A stretch of DNA of 64,000 nt from Eledone cirrhosa (GCA_964016885.1 OZ024741.1:206088001-206152000), one strand, 5' to 3'. Shown: positions 25,556-38,945, counted from the stretch's first letter. Numbers and translations: made by a program. Notes: generated by a model from the sequence alone, not told the origin.

Positions 25556-26584
25556 ATATGTGTGTGTTTATATGCGTATATATATGTGCATGTTTGTGTA
25601 ATCACGTGTAAGTGTCTACCTCGTTAAATACATAAGGCTACCTTAAGTAAGAGTGAGTTAAATGCACAAATAACAGATTCAACAAGGTGTTTATTGATCC
25701 CTTTGTTGTCTAGGCACGTAATCTAGACTTTATTTAAATAAACTATACTCTATTTAACTTTGAAATTGGCAATGCTTTGCGCATTTTCTAAAAAGGGAAT
25801 ATTAAATTACAAACAGCTTTAATGATTTACGTGATGAATAAAAAATGAATTCGAAAAAGAACACAAAATACACAGAAAAGTTTGTTTCACTGACCGAATA
25901 TAACTGATGACAAAATGTTAATGTATAATATGCAACTCCCACGAAGATGTTCACACAAATTTAAACGACAAATCTCAATTCTCTTAACTGACTTACCTGC
26001 CGTCAACCGCGACAATAACGTATTCGAGATTGTAACTTAACGCTACGTTTCATCATTTATAAGAATTTTGAGACTTGAAATATTGAATTAGAAAAGTGAA
26101 TGTCCTACTTCATAGAAATAAATGTTGGGCACTGGAGTAGCTAAACCTGCCAGTAGGAGAAAGAGGGAGAGGGGTGGAGGAGACCCATTCATGCGTTGAT
26201 AGTGCCGACTACAGCTGGGCAGGAGGTCAAAGAAAATACTAGGGAGGGGGAGGGGGAGGAAGTCGAAACAATAAGTAGAACAATAAGGGGTAAATATATA
26301 GAAAAAACTGAGAGTGTTAAAAAGCAATTAAATGTAAAAAAAAAAAATTAAAAAAAAAACAATTTCTGGTTACTACGACCTAAGTCTCTCACTGGTACTG
26401 CTAGGCTAAAAAAATATACTAGGTGGGACGGAATTATAATGAGACCCTTTTAAGAGGTATAAGTAATAAACCGAGTATATCTTACGGTGACGGGTTAACA
26501 AGTGAGGGGCCAAAATACTAAAGAAACTACCACGAAATAATAAATAAAGGTTTCTACCCCAGGCACAAGGCCAGCAACCACCCA

Positions 26585-28466
26585 AAACTCCGGAGCAACT
26601 TAACAGAGTATGATAACATCAATGACATCATGGTGCACTCGGATAAAACTGGGAACCTCTACTTTGTCAACCCCGACAGATACCACACACTGATCAGGAG
26701 CAACCTAAACTCCACCTATAAAAAGGCTAACCACTCATGCATCGAGGACATAAATCGAGATGGACAACAAATTACCTCCAGCCTCGGGGTCGCCGACCGC
26801 ACGGAACCCCTACACCCACGGACACCCTACTTCACACCGAAGGACCACAAATCTGATTTCGACCGTAAACCTTCTATCAGGCTTATAAACCCAACGAAGT
26901 CCGACATAGGGAGAATCAGCAAAAAAATCCTAGACCGCGTGATACCAAAAGTTAAGCAACACGTCCGACTTAGCCTATAGGTCAACACCAGTAAGTAATC
27001 TCATGGTTCAGCAATATGGAGGAAAAACGAGACACTAAATTCATCCAGTTTGACATAGAGAGTTACTATGCTTCAATCACCTTACCGCTACTTACGGCTG
27101 CCTTGGACTTCGCCGAAGCACTTGTGTCCATCACCGACCAGGAAAGAAACATCATCCTCCACGCCAGGAAGACAGTCTTACTCTTCGACAACTCCAAATG
27201 GATAAAAAGAGCTCCCGACTCACCCTTCGACGTCAGCACAGGCGCGACGGATTCGGCTGAGGTCACAGATCTTATAGGATTATTCCTAATAGCCAAACTC
27301 ACCGATATGTTTCCTGCATTCGGCGGTGGATTGTACCGTGATGATGGGCTCCTTACACTTAAAGGGTACAACCCCAGTAGTACAGATCGGGTCCGTAAAC
27401 AATTAATCAGCTTCTTCCGCGACTGGGGATTTAAAATAACCCTAAAAACGTCCCTGACCCGAGTAAACTTCCTGGACGTTACCCTCGACCTCGATAATGA
27501 TCTGTACTACCCATACAGGAAACCTAACGACAACCTGCACTACATCCACCGCCGGTCAAACCATCCTAGGAACATCACCAATAACCTGGTTAAAAACATC
27601 TCCCTCCGCATATCCCGTTTGTCAGCTAATGAGCAGATATTCGATGAATATGCGCCTTATTACAACCAGGCCCTCAAGCGGAGTGGTTTCCGGGAGGAAA
27701 TATCCTACTGTCCAACTCCCATTAGCGGAACCAGCAGGCGACATCGCCGCTCACGCAATGTAACATGGTTCAATCCTCCCCACAACGCCGAGGTGACAAC
27801 TCCTATCGGGAAAATCTTCTTTAGGCTCATGAAAAACACTTCCCACTACAACACCGCTACCACAACATAATTAACAAAAATACCACCAAACTCTCTTACG
27901 GCACTACACCAAACTTTGCACAAAACATCGTCTCCTCTAACAACAAAAAACTCAACCCCTATGGAAGAAATAACCTAAATAGCAGTGGAGAGCCGACCAG
28001 GAGGTGCAACTGTCCTGATGGATCCATTTGCCCCCTCGACAACAGATGCAGAGATCGTAATGTGATCTACCAGTGCAACGTGAGGACGGACACCTCCAAC
28101 AAAGCTTATATAGGATTAACCGCATGTGACTTCAAGACCCGGCTATACCAACACAGACATACCTTCCGAAACCCGGCCCGGCGTCACGCCACTACACTTT
28201 CGGGCTACATATGGGACCTCAAGGATAACAACATTACCTATGATCTCACTTGGAGCTTACTGTCCAGAGCCAACTCTTACACGGGAGGACGCCGTCCGTG
28301 CAATTTATGCTCGGAGGAAACTTTACAAATGTTGTTTTCGACGGACCAACTCCTAAACAAGAAAGATGAATTGGTTACTGCATGTAAACACAGATTGCGT
28401 AGGACTTACCTCGCCCTCAAACCCCATAATGACCGGGGGGGGGGGGGGGGTAGACTAGGGCTATAA
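26585..28466 (+). pseudogene. PLE reverse transcriptase + GIY-YIG endonuclease (stops near 26980-26997, frameshift near 27835)
   Basis: SDKTGNLY, IRLINPTKSDIG, QFDIESYY, GLYRDDGL, NFLDVTLDL, YRKPN, WFNPP, CNC..CPL..C, IYQC..YIGLT..FKTRLYQH. Confidence 0.93.
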
Positions 28467-29556
28467 CACCCCACTTGCCGATTTTGTAATGGGTAACCCC
28501 TGCTTGCTAAGGTAGACGTAAGATCTTCTTTTATATCTTTTTATCGCTTCCTCTATATTTCCTTCTTCCCCCCATCCATCCCTAGTCCTTCCACCCCAGT
28601 TCTCTTTCTTTGTCGTCGTCTTTTCTCGCCCACCCGAGGCAGCCCCTCGGTCCTTTGTAGCCTCAGTACCCCCACCCCCTTCCCCTATTCTATGATAGAT
28701 TTGGCTGACTCCGCTTTTTATAGCAGATGTATTAGACCCCGGATACTTGCCCTCTTATCCGACCGCTGCCCCCTTTCCGTGCTTTCTATACTTAGTGGTA
28801 TCTTTGCTTTAATTTCTTGTTTATCAGTATTTTTTTTTGGGGGGGGGGGATTCTGAATTAATCTTCCGTATCATATTTTACATATACTTCGTACGAGCTT
28901 TTATGTAGCTTGCACTAGAACTTTTGTATCGTGGCGGCACCCTTAGAGATAGTATTAGTATTCTTTTTCGGGACTCTGAATTATTATTTCGTATTAGTTT
29001 ACTTTTTTGCATTGGGTGGTTGCTGGCCTTGTGCCTGGGGTAGAAACCTTTATTTATTATTTCGTGGTAGTTTCTTTAGTATTTTGGCCCCTCACTTGTT
29101 GACCCGTCACCGTAAGATATACTCGGTTTATTACTTATACTTCTTAAAAGGGTCTCATTATAATTCCGTCCCACCTAGTATATTTTTTTAGCCTAGCAGT
29201 ACCAGTGAGAGACTTAGGTCGTAGTAACCAGAAATTGTTTATTTTTTTTTTTTTTTTTTACATTTAATTGCTTTTTAACACTCTCAGTATTTTTCTATAT
29301 ATTTACCCCTTATTGTTCTACTTATTGTTTCGACTTCCTCCTCCTCCCCCTCCCTAGTATCTTCTTTGACCTCATGCCCAGCTGTAGTCGGCACTATCAA
29401 CGCATGAATGGGTCTCCTCCACCCCTCTCCCTCTTTCTCCTACTGGCAGGTTTAGCTACCCCTTCCCTCCACAAATTGCCATCATAGAATTATTATGTCT
29501 CAACAACAAACTTTTGACCAATCCTTGTGACAATCACTTTGACCATATATGGAATT

Positions 29557-29652
29557 ACCCCTTGAGAAGCTCGGCTATTCAAATACCAGGATAACAATTT
29601 TCATTCAGTCCAGAATTAGCCGTCGAAACGGCTTGAGCTCAGCCGTCGGGGT
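29557..29652 (+). ncRNA. Type-I hammerhead ribozyme, U3-A8 core (UUGAGAA), long stems II and III
   Basis: ACCCC-TTGAGAA-G..CGGCTA...TAGCCG.C-GAA-ACGGCT tgagctc AGCCGT-C-GGGGT. Confidence 0.75.
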
Positions 29653-29742
29653 CCTACTCGTTTCTATTACCCACTCTACTACCTAAGTATTGAGTACTTT
29701 GGTGCGTTATGGTCCACCTGGTTCCTTACCACAGTTCCTTCG

Positions 29743-29779
<37 letters not shown>

Positions 29780-29837
29780 TTTTATTTACTTTATTCTTCA
29801 CTCTGAAACCGAGAATAATTCGGTTTCCTAGTTAGAA

Positions 29838-30110
29838 TTTTAGTCTACGACTTCAGTTATACCATTTACATGGTTTTGTGTTTACGTGCAATTGTTCTCC
29901 CCGCTCCACATATGACGTATTATCTTCGTTTTTTCCGTTCATTGCCAGAGAACGTCTCTATGAACCATCTAATAGAATATTAGTCTACGACTTCTTTTAT
30001 ACCATAAACGTGGTTTTGTCTTTGCGTGTAATTGTTTTTCAACGCTCCAAATAATCACGTATTATATTCGTTTTTGCCGTTCTTTGCCAGGGAACGTTTC
30101 CACGAACCAA
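29838..30110. repeat. Diverged ~140-bp tandem duplication
   Basis: ttagtctacgacttc at ~29840 and ~29980 with colinear downstream similarity. Confidence 0.75.
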
Positions 30111-30893
30111 AGTATCGTCTTCCTGTCTTCCTCCGGTTGCAACGTTTTTTGAAATATTCAGACACGAGTAGTTCGTTCGGAGCAAATTTTATCACTGGGG
30201 TGTTATAAAAAACACCCTAAAAAAAAACCTCTTCCACTCTTGTCATGCCAGTGGCTGTTTTTACTCCACGTCATCTTAAGTTCTGGTCACACGGGTCATC
30301 AGCCATTTTCCGTCCGACACACTTCAATGGAGTCATGCTGGGTCAGCATCTCACACGTTTTTATTATATAATGTATTTTTAATTTACGGTTTTGTTTATA
30401 TATGTATATGTGGAAACATGTGTGTGTAAGCAAATATGCAAATGTGCAGGTGTCTGCATGTGGCAGTCCGTGTGCGTATGTATATGTAGATGTATATATG
30501 TCTGCATGTATAAATGTATATGTGTGGGTGTGCGTATGCATGTAGTGATTTTTTGTATATATATATATATATGTGTGTGTATGTATGTGTGTATGTAATT
30601 TTGTGTACGTATGTGTATTTTGTATGTATGTGTGTGCATGTGTGTATATATACATATGTATATATATATATATGTGTGTGTGTATGTATATATGTGTGCG
30701 TATGAGTGTATATATATAAATGTATATAAGGTTTTGCGTAGTTATGTGTCGGACGGAAAATGGCTGATGACCAGAATTTAAGATGACGTGGAGTAAAAAC
30801 AGCCAATGGCATGACAAGAGTGGAAGAGGGTTTTTTTAGGGTGTTTTTTTATGATAACACCCCAGTGATAAAATTTGCTCCGAACGAACTACC

Positions 30894-30984
30894 CGTGTCT
30901 GAAGGAACCTGCAGCCGTAGAATCAGCCAAATCCATACAGGGACCATATCTCTAGCTACCTACTGGCGAAACAATTGTAACACG
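30894..30984 (+). ncRNA. Atypical hammerhead-like motif in pLTR (second copy 35284-35374)
   Basis: CGTGT-CTGAAGG...GCCGTAG/CTACTGGC-GAAAC-AATT-GTA-ACACG-c-AATAAA; core-to-stem II junction is non-canonical. Confidence 0.6.
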
Positions 30985-31162
30985 CAATAAATTGAGTCCA
31001 GATGCATCACTGATTTTTCGTTTTCTTTATACTATCTACACTCTACTCTGCTGAATATTGAGTGCTAATTTTGGCATACCGCTTATGGAAGCACCATAGC
31101 TACCATTATGCACTACTATATACTACGCTCCTCCATAAGTAGAGCGCTTACAGCGATCCGCC

Positions 31163-34075
31163 ATGGAAAAATTCAATTACTCTTCTTCCCTGAAAGACAT
31201 ACCAATCCCGTCTGATAATACGTACATGGGCCTGCTGATATACCACACCAACTCGTTCATCAGACGCATGAGGTGGCGCGCATTTCACCCCGACAGGCGG
31301 ACACAACAACACGCGCCCGACGCCCCTCAGGACTGCCTAAAGCGGATATTTAGATATAGAAGACACCCACTGCATAATGCACAGCTGGAGGAATTTGAAA
31401 ACCGTATAATCAACATAGTTCGTAACATCAAGTTCCATAGGAATAGTGCACGGCGGACCAAATATCTCTAAAGTCTTAGCTCCACCATCAAAAGCATGGA
31501 AAAATGCCAGGATTTACTAGTGCCTTCGGACAAAACTGGTAATGTATACATGCTTGACCGTTTTACATACAACGACTGCCTCGGAAAAGAGATTAAGAAA
31601 AACTATAGGACCACAGGACAGACAAATTTAGATAATATTAACGCCACGACAAAAAGTATACTGACGGGGCTAGGACTAGAGGATAGGACCGAGGTATATG
31701 TACCGAGAAAACCACGGATATCTATTAAGGACCATAAATTAGACTTTAAAACAAAACTACCGGTTAGGTTAATAGCACCCTCCAAATCTGACCTAGGCAG
31801 GACCAGCAAGAATATTATAGATAGGATACTACCGGTACTTAGAAACAAAACTAAGCTTAGTCTATGGACCTCCACTAAGGAGGTAATTGACTGGTTCTCG
31901 TTAATAGGTGACAAACACCAAGTAAATTTTATTCAGTTAGGCATAGATAGCTATTACGAGTCAGTATCTCCGATACTAGTCAATAAGGCCCTCATAAGCG
32001 CCATGGCCAGATCTAGCCTCACTAGGAAGGAGACCAACCTCATAGTAGCAGCCAGAAATACGCTAATTAGATTCGAAGACAAGTTATGGGAGAGGAGGGA
32101 CATACCCGACAGTTTCGATATCACCATGGGGTCGAGTGACTCGGCGCAGGTGACCGACTTTGTGGGGATATATCTCATCCATAGGCTAACGGAGGAGATC
32201 CTGGGGATCGGAGGGTGAATATACAGAGCCGACGCACTTTTCACCTTCCGTTCCCTTAACCCCAGTCAGATGGAGCGTATGAGGAAGCGCATATCGCATT
32301 TTTTTAAACAACACGGCTTATCCGTGACAATAGACCCTAGCACTAAGACGGTCAATTTCCTGGACGTTACCTTGGAAATGAATACGGGCATCCACAGACC
32401 GTACCATAAGCCCAACGAAAACCTGCAATATGTGAACAGGCAATCGAATCATCCTAAGTCAGTCATAGAAGCCATAGTTAAAGGGGTATTCAAACGCGTA
32501 TCCACCCTGTCGTCGAACGCAGAAGTGTTTAAACAGCACGCCAAATATTATAATGAGGCACTGTGTAGGGCCGGTTACACAGACACCATACTATACACCC
32601 CGGACAGAGTAGAGCCAAGTCATAAGGCGTGCACAAATGCCAATAACGGGGGCGCCTCCTTAGGTAGAAGAAATGACCCGGTAGCAGTATCCAGGAACAC
32701 AAATAGCAACACAACTACCTTTAATGACGCAGGACCGACCTGAGGTAGGACAAAGGCACCCATAGGAGCCAGACCACCCAGTACGCGGAGGCATGGGCCT
32801 GGTACGCACACTGCATGCTCCGTGGCAACTGGGACCAGGGACAGGACATCGACAAATACGGACGGGGCACACGCCAGGGAGCACGCCCAGCCTGGTTGTA
32901 GTGGTACAGCACCGACAGCAGCATCACATAGACCTAAGGGGAATAAACGTATAGCTGACCACATAGAACGACGTAACTTTATAACTGTAGGGCATAACGC
33001 CGACGCCCATAGCGGGAAAATAGACAGAGTCAACACACGGGATGTAATTGTGGTTGGGCCGAGCACAGGAGGGACATCGTGTCCTGGACACACCAACAGG
33101 AATTCACGCACACGAAGGAACAAATCTAAGGCCGTTACTTGGTTCAATGCGCCTTAATCCAAACATGTACGCACCAACGTGCCAGGACATTTTTCCCGAG
33201 CGTTGGATGAGTGCTTTTCGCCGACGAACAAGTACCACAAAATCTTCAACCGCCACACGGTGAAGTTTTCCTTCTCCACGGCACCTAATATGGCCGACTA
33301 CATGGCTAAAACTAACGCGGTGAAGATGGCGCACACTGGCCGTCAACTGCGGCGACAGAGTGACCGTCTTTCGGAGCGCAGTCAACCACCCAGGGACCTG
33401 CCCTCAATTGACAACCCGGCCCCCGATGCGACCAGAGCACCCGCGGAGGGTGATGTGGTCCAACGCCGAGAGGGAAATAGTGGTATGGGGGAGACAACAG
33501 TGTCGGCGGTACAACACCCTGAGAACCTTGGGAGGGCCATAGCAGATCGAGGCCCGGACATCGGATGCGTAAGAACTGACAACAGAACTTGTAACTGCAG
33601 AGCGGGCACCCGGTGGCCCCTACTGGGAAAATGCCTGATGAAGGACCTAATATACAAGTGTGTGGTTACAACCCAAAACGCACATCACACCTACATCGGC
33701 GCAACATCCACGACCTTTAAATCGCGGATGTATAATCACACGAATTCCTTCAGGGACCGTAGCAAAAGGCACTCCACTAGGTTAGCGGACCTGGTGTGGG
33801 ACCTGAAAGACCAAAGCACTCCGTACGTTCTGGAATGGAGAATCGTTCGCCACGCGAGGGCATATTCGGCCGGAAGTAGAAAGCGCCGATTATGCCTACA
33901 CGAGGCCAAGGAGGTAGTCAGACTGAAAGATGACGCCGTCAACCTGAAGTCTGAAATTATCATGACCTGCAGACACCAGAGAGGATGCACATTTGCATCA
34001 TGGAGTCCTCCGGGTGGCGCAGGCCGGGGGCATGGGAACGGGTACGCACAGACCCGAACGGCCCAACGGGATTAG
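31163..34075 (+). pseudogene. PLE RT-GIY-YIG polyprotein, one reading frame (~970 codons) with four in-frame stops
   Basis: ORFs starting at 31163, 31496, 32270, 32822 and 33179 share a frame; YSSSLKDIPIPS, RRMRWRAF, SDKTGN, NFLDVTL, YIGATSTTFKSR; catalytic motifs altered (QLGIDSYY, IYRADA). Confidence 0.9.
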
Positions 34076-34679
34076 GGGACCTGACGCCATGCCCCGATGA
34101 CAGTGAGGCAAACATATCTAAACCAGGCGCGCACCTGACCGAGCACACAACATTGGAAGATACACCGCCTGGGCCGGGACCCGCTAACACGGGGTCCACG
34201 GCCGCCCGGTCCGATACCCCAAGCATATAGAACAGCACACCCCAGCCACGGTGCCATGCCCCATGGCGACCGGGCCGGGCGTCCCCTTGAATGTGTACCC
34301 GTCAATCGTGACTATATACTCTCCACATGTTCCACTTTGGAACAATGATTATTACTGTCATTATTGTTTTATTATTGTTCTGTTACTGTTACTTGTTCTA
34401 TATACGGACACACGGTTTTGTTTATATATGTATATGTGGAAACATGTATGTGTAAGCAAATATGCATATGTGCAGGTGTCTGCATGTGGCAGTCCGTGTG
34501 CGTATGTATATGTAGATGTATATATGTCTGCATGTATATATATATATGTGTGGGTGTGCGTATGCATGTAGTGATTTTTTGTATATATATATATATATAT
34601 GTGTGTATGTATGTGTGTATGTAATTATGTGTACGTATGTGTATTGTGTATGTATGTGTGTGCATGTGTGTATATATAC

Positions 34680-34721
<42 letters not shown>

Positions 34722-35503
34722 ATGTATATATGTGTGCGTATGAGTGTATATATATAAATGTATATAAGGTTGTGCGTAGGTATGTGTGCGCGCGTATGTG
34801 TGTATATAGGTGTATGTTTGCGTAGGCCATGCTTGTCGGACCGGATATATGGCGCGACTTAAGCAGACGTTAAGAGGCTCGTGGCGGTATGTATCTAGAA
34901 GTGGGTGTGATTGGGTCTGTGGAGGTGAGGGTGAGCGTATGTGTGTATATATACATGTATGTATATGTGTGGGTGTGTGTGTGTCTACGCATGTGTGCTT
35001 ACGTGTGTGTATGCACGCATGTGTCTGTTTCTGCCTGTGTGTGTATATGTGTGTGTATATTCGTATGCGTGGGTGCTTGCTTTGGAGTGTGAACAGACGT
35101 GTGAGATGCTGAACCCAGCATAACTCCATTGAAGTGTGTCAGACGGAAAATGGCTGATGACCAGAACTTAAGATGACGTGGAGTAAAAACAGCCAATGGC
35201 ATGACAAGAGTGGAAGAGGTTTTTTTTAGGGTGTTTTTTTATGATAACACCCCAGTGATAAAATTTGCTCCGAACGAACTACCCGTATCTGAAGGAACCT
35301 GCAGCCGTAGAATCAGCCAGATCCATACAGGGACCATATCTCTAGCTACCTACTGGCGAAACAATTGTAACACGCAATAAATTGAGTCCAGATGCATCAC
35401 TGATTTTTCGTTTTCTTTATACTATCTACACTCTACTCTGCTGTATATTGAGTGCTAATTTTGGCATACCGCCTATGGAAGCACCATAGCTACTATTATA
35501 CAC

Positions 35504-35554
<51 letters not shown>

Positions 35555-35555
<1 letters not shown>

Positions 35556-37204
35556 CTATTTTGTCTTATTTGAGAATAGAGCGGTTCTCAAGAGATTGCA
35601 AGAGAGACAACAAATTATGACATCACAAAGTTGGCTGCATTTGTGAATGAAGATGAGCCGAAACGTCTTCCAGAACATCGCTGTGCATATTATGAAATCA
35701 TTTCGTCAGACAGAGGAATTTTCTTTCCCGATGCTCCAGGTGACACAGGTAAACCACATGTAACAGCATTGCTTCCCTCCAATGTAAGGCAAAAAAAAAA
35801 AAAAAGAATTGCACTTGCTTCTGCACCGTCTGGACGAAGAGCTTTTTTTGCATTTAAACTACCGCTAAACCGGGTTGCAAATAACAGTCCAATTTGTAAC
35901 ATAAGCAACGATTCAGGTTCAGCAGAAGTGTTGTTCCAATTCCACCTGATCATTTGGGATGAATGCACCATGTCATATAGATGAGCAATGAAAGCTCTTG
36001 ATAAGACCTTGCAGGACATTAGAAGCAACAATACATCTATGGGAGGAGTTACATTAGTTTTATCAGGAGACTTCAGATAGACATCACCAGGGACAAGAGG
36101 TGATGAAATAAAAGCAAGAATTAAGTCTTCGCAGTTATGGAATAAAGTACACAATTTCTCTTTCAATACTAACATGGAAGCTTTATTACACTGGGACCAA
36201 TGTACAGAACAGTTTTCAACCCAATTCCTTCAATTAGGAAATAGAACAATATCAATTGATGGCAATGGTGATATCAACTTGGCTCATATTGCCATCAGGG
36301 TGGATTTCCCAGCTTAATTGAAGAACAGGATATTTCCAGACTTAAATTATAATCATAATTCACATAAATGGTTGTGTGAAAGAGCAATTCTTGCTAAAAA
36401 AGTGAGACAGTAGCAAGGATTAACCATAAACTAATGAATAAGATTCCAACAGTAATTAAGGAGTACAAATCAGTTGATTCAGTCCTTGATGTAAACGAAG
36501 CTGTGCAATACCCAACAGAGTTCCCTAATTCTCTCGAGCCCCTTGGAACTCCTCTACATAAACGTTTCCTAAAGGTTGGAGTCCCAATAATGCTTCTAAG
36601 AAATTTAGATCCCTCTAAATTATGCAATGGCATTGTGAAGGCATTATCATCTAATATGATTGAATCTGCCATCATCACTGAATATGCCTCTAGTGAAGAT
36701 GTTTTCATTACAAGAATTCCAATCAAACCAACAGACATGCAATTTGAGTTCAAACGAAGACGATTTACAGTGCAACTTTGCTTCCCAATTTTTATCAATA
36801 AAGCTGAAGGACGGACTTCGAAATCTACTGGCTTACACTTAAGTTAGGCTCGATTTACTCATGGTCAACTTTACGTTGGTTGTTCCAAGGTGGGTAGTTT
36901 ACAAGACTTATTTGTCTATGCCCCAAACCAGAAAAAAAAAAATTACCTAGAAGTTCTTACGTAATTTCTTTCAACATATGTGATAGAATTTATCTCCCCT
37001 CATAAAAGTGATACATTTTGTATTTTCACTTATTATCATTGTTTTTTGTATTATGAATTCAAAATTGATTTCATCGTGAACCTCAATTGAAGAATAAATG
37101 GTATTTAGAATAAAAAATTTCTATACAACTTGTTTTTACTTTCTTCTATTCTAATATATAAGAAACACTTTCATTCCCGGGCAATGGCGGCTGCCTCTGT
37201 TAAT
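35555..37204 (+). mobile_element. Decayed Helitron, Pif1-type helicase region and degenerate 3' end
   Basis: DAPGDTGK, IIWDECTM, VLSGDF, KVGVPIMLLRNLDPSKLCNG, FKRRRF..INKAEG, FTHGQLYVGCS; cccgggcaatggcgg hairpin remnant near 37176. Confidence 0.88.
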
Positions 37205-37634
37205 ATATATTTATATACACAATATCTTATATAGAATCACCAACGGGTAGATTCCCAGGCAAGTGATCTAAAGCAAGATAACTTCCCAACCATCTTACCA
37301 TAAAGATAGGTGCCTAGTTAAGTAACCTAAAAGTAGATGGCTACCCTAATTCCCTTTCCAGAACCAAGAAACAGTACTGATCATCTCAATAGGATAACAC
37401 AGTCCATCCTCTAAGAAGATCCTTTCACCAAAGAGATTGTTTTAAGATATAAGAGAAAAAGAAATCTGTTAATAGACGAAGTCCATCCTAACCGATCCAG
37501 CATGGTGAACAGAACTACACCCATGTGTAGATCTGCGAACCACTTAATGGTCTGTCGGTTGTAAAGTAGATAAAGGAAAGCGCTCAACGATCTGCATAAA
37601 AGTCTAAGCCGGAGCATTATATATCAATAAAGAT

Positions 37635-37797
37635 CCGAGGCAATATTCATTTGGTTTTGGTTTATTAAAATCCTTAATGAACATTTCGCTGAGGACTAAC
37701 AGCTATGAGAAGCTCAGGCTGTCATAACTGATAATGCTCACCGAAATATATATTACCGATTTTAATAAACTAAAACCAAATGAATATTGCCTCGGAT
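37635..37797. repeat. Short inverted repeat, probable PLE pLTR remnant
   Basis: ccgaggcaatattcatttggtttt / aaaaccaaatgaatattgcctcgg before (TA)n. Confidence 0.6.
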
Positions 37798-37821
37798 TAA
37801 TATATATATATATATATATAT

Positions 37822-38945
37822 ATTAATTAGTTAAGCAAAACAAGACCACAAATTTCACAAGGAAGACATTATTAAAAGATTGTCAACATATTTTAGTTTG
37901 ATGTAAGGAATGTAGAGAATAATAATAATATTAATAATAATAATGTCCGTTTACAATTGTTTCGCTACTCCGTATAATATTTCTGGATCAGATGACTATA
38001 TATCATAATTGAGCTGGTTCAGTTGAAAATAATTAACATATTTAAAAAACAGAGCGGCTCATCGGAACTTCAAGGGAATATAAATTAAAATAATGAGAGA
38101 ATGTTACATAATATAATGTTCCATATATTGGTTTTTCACTATGGTGTCTTGGTTGCATCAGTTGTCAGCCATAATCAAGCAGTATTCATCTGTCGAGGCT
38201 GCATTGTGTGAGATCTGCCTATGGGTAACAAGATGGCTGCCAAAGGACATATTACCTTACTAATTAGAAGGTGGTTTCAGGAGAAGTACCTCCTCGAGAG
38301 ATTAGAAATTGTGGGTAGTTTATAGTTAAGTGCTAATTTTTAAATTTTTTAATTGAGAGACAATGTAGGGGAGGTAACTTATAATTATCTAAGTTAGTCA
38401 TAGCTATTTAACTTATTAGCTACAAGTAAAAATGGGGCTAGATGACTAAGTTGGGTCAAATATTCTATTGGCGAAGGAATTAGCCCTTCGATGTTGACAG
38501 CTAATAGTTACCTCCGTTCTATCGTTAATCGGTAGAGGTCGTGATAGAGTTATGTAATATGCTTCTGTAATACAGAGATAACAAGATTTTCTTCGTCCAT
38601 TGAACGGTTGGGCCCTAGCCACGATATCCCATTTTAGTGAGTGTTGAACGTTGCTTAATTTAATGTTTTTAATGAGCCTAGCTAGCGATGTCGAACATCT
38701 GTTGCTAGGGTCACGGAAGGAAAAAGAGTGCGCGTTATAGCGTACCTTAAAAGGGTTAGAGGTAGACCCGATGTAAGAGCTGGTATTCGAAGCAGTTTTA
38801 ACCGTGCACCTATAGACTATGTTGGGTGTCAGGCAGTGACCATTTAATGGGCATGTATTAGGGTAACGGCAGTTGCAGTTGCTTCTGCGGTTAGTGAGAG
38901 TAGGGTAGTTTAACCTAAGCGGTAGGTCAGTGTTAGAAGGATTAC
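37822..38945 (-). mobile_element. 3' fragment of Nematis-type PLE (knuckle + GIY-YIG + pLTR)
   Basis: Minus strand CNCRYPNTCPLNGHCLTPNIVYRC..SYIGSTSNPFKVRYNAH..CYLCITE..CQH. Confidence 0.87.
37949..38068 (-). ncRNA. Type-I hammerhead ribozyme, U4C core, long stem II
   Basis: GTT-CCGATGA-GCCGCTCTG...CGGAGTAGC-GAAAC-AATT-GTA-AAC. Confidence 0.72.

Larger units (their letters stand above)
26137..29743 (+). mobile_element. Nematis-type PLE, 5'-truncated, with ~450-bp inverted pLTR copy at the 5' end
   Basis: 26137-26584 is the reverse complement of 29013-29459; RT-EN coding region; HHR; ends at (TA)n. Confidence 0.93.
30157..35508 (+). mobile_element. Full-length Nematis-type PLE: inverted pLTR piece (30157-30358), 5' pLTR (30386-31121), ORF, 3' pLTR (34411-35508)
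   Basis: Direct and inverted pLTR copies are visible; ends at (TA)n. Confidence 0.93.

Noticed and set aside
25992-26075. Minus-strand CAG/GTAAGT donor as the upstream GPCR exon
   Set aside because: The frame needed to join the TM6 exon has a stop within 14 codons and no TM5 motif
32216-32743. In-frame TGA codons as selenocysteine (Naiad-type PLE)
   Set aside because: They align with Gly or linker positions, TAA stops also occur, the endonuclease is C-terminal and catalytic residues are mutated; simple decay
34788-35139. Segment missing from the 5' pLTR as a spliced intron
   Set aside because: The junction fits a TGTGT microhomology deletion, not precise GT-AG removal
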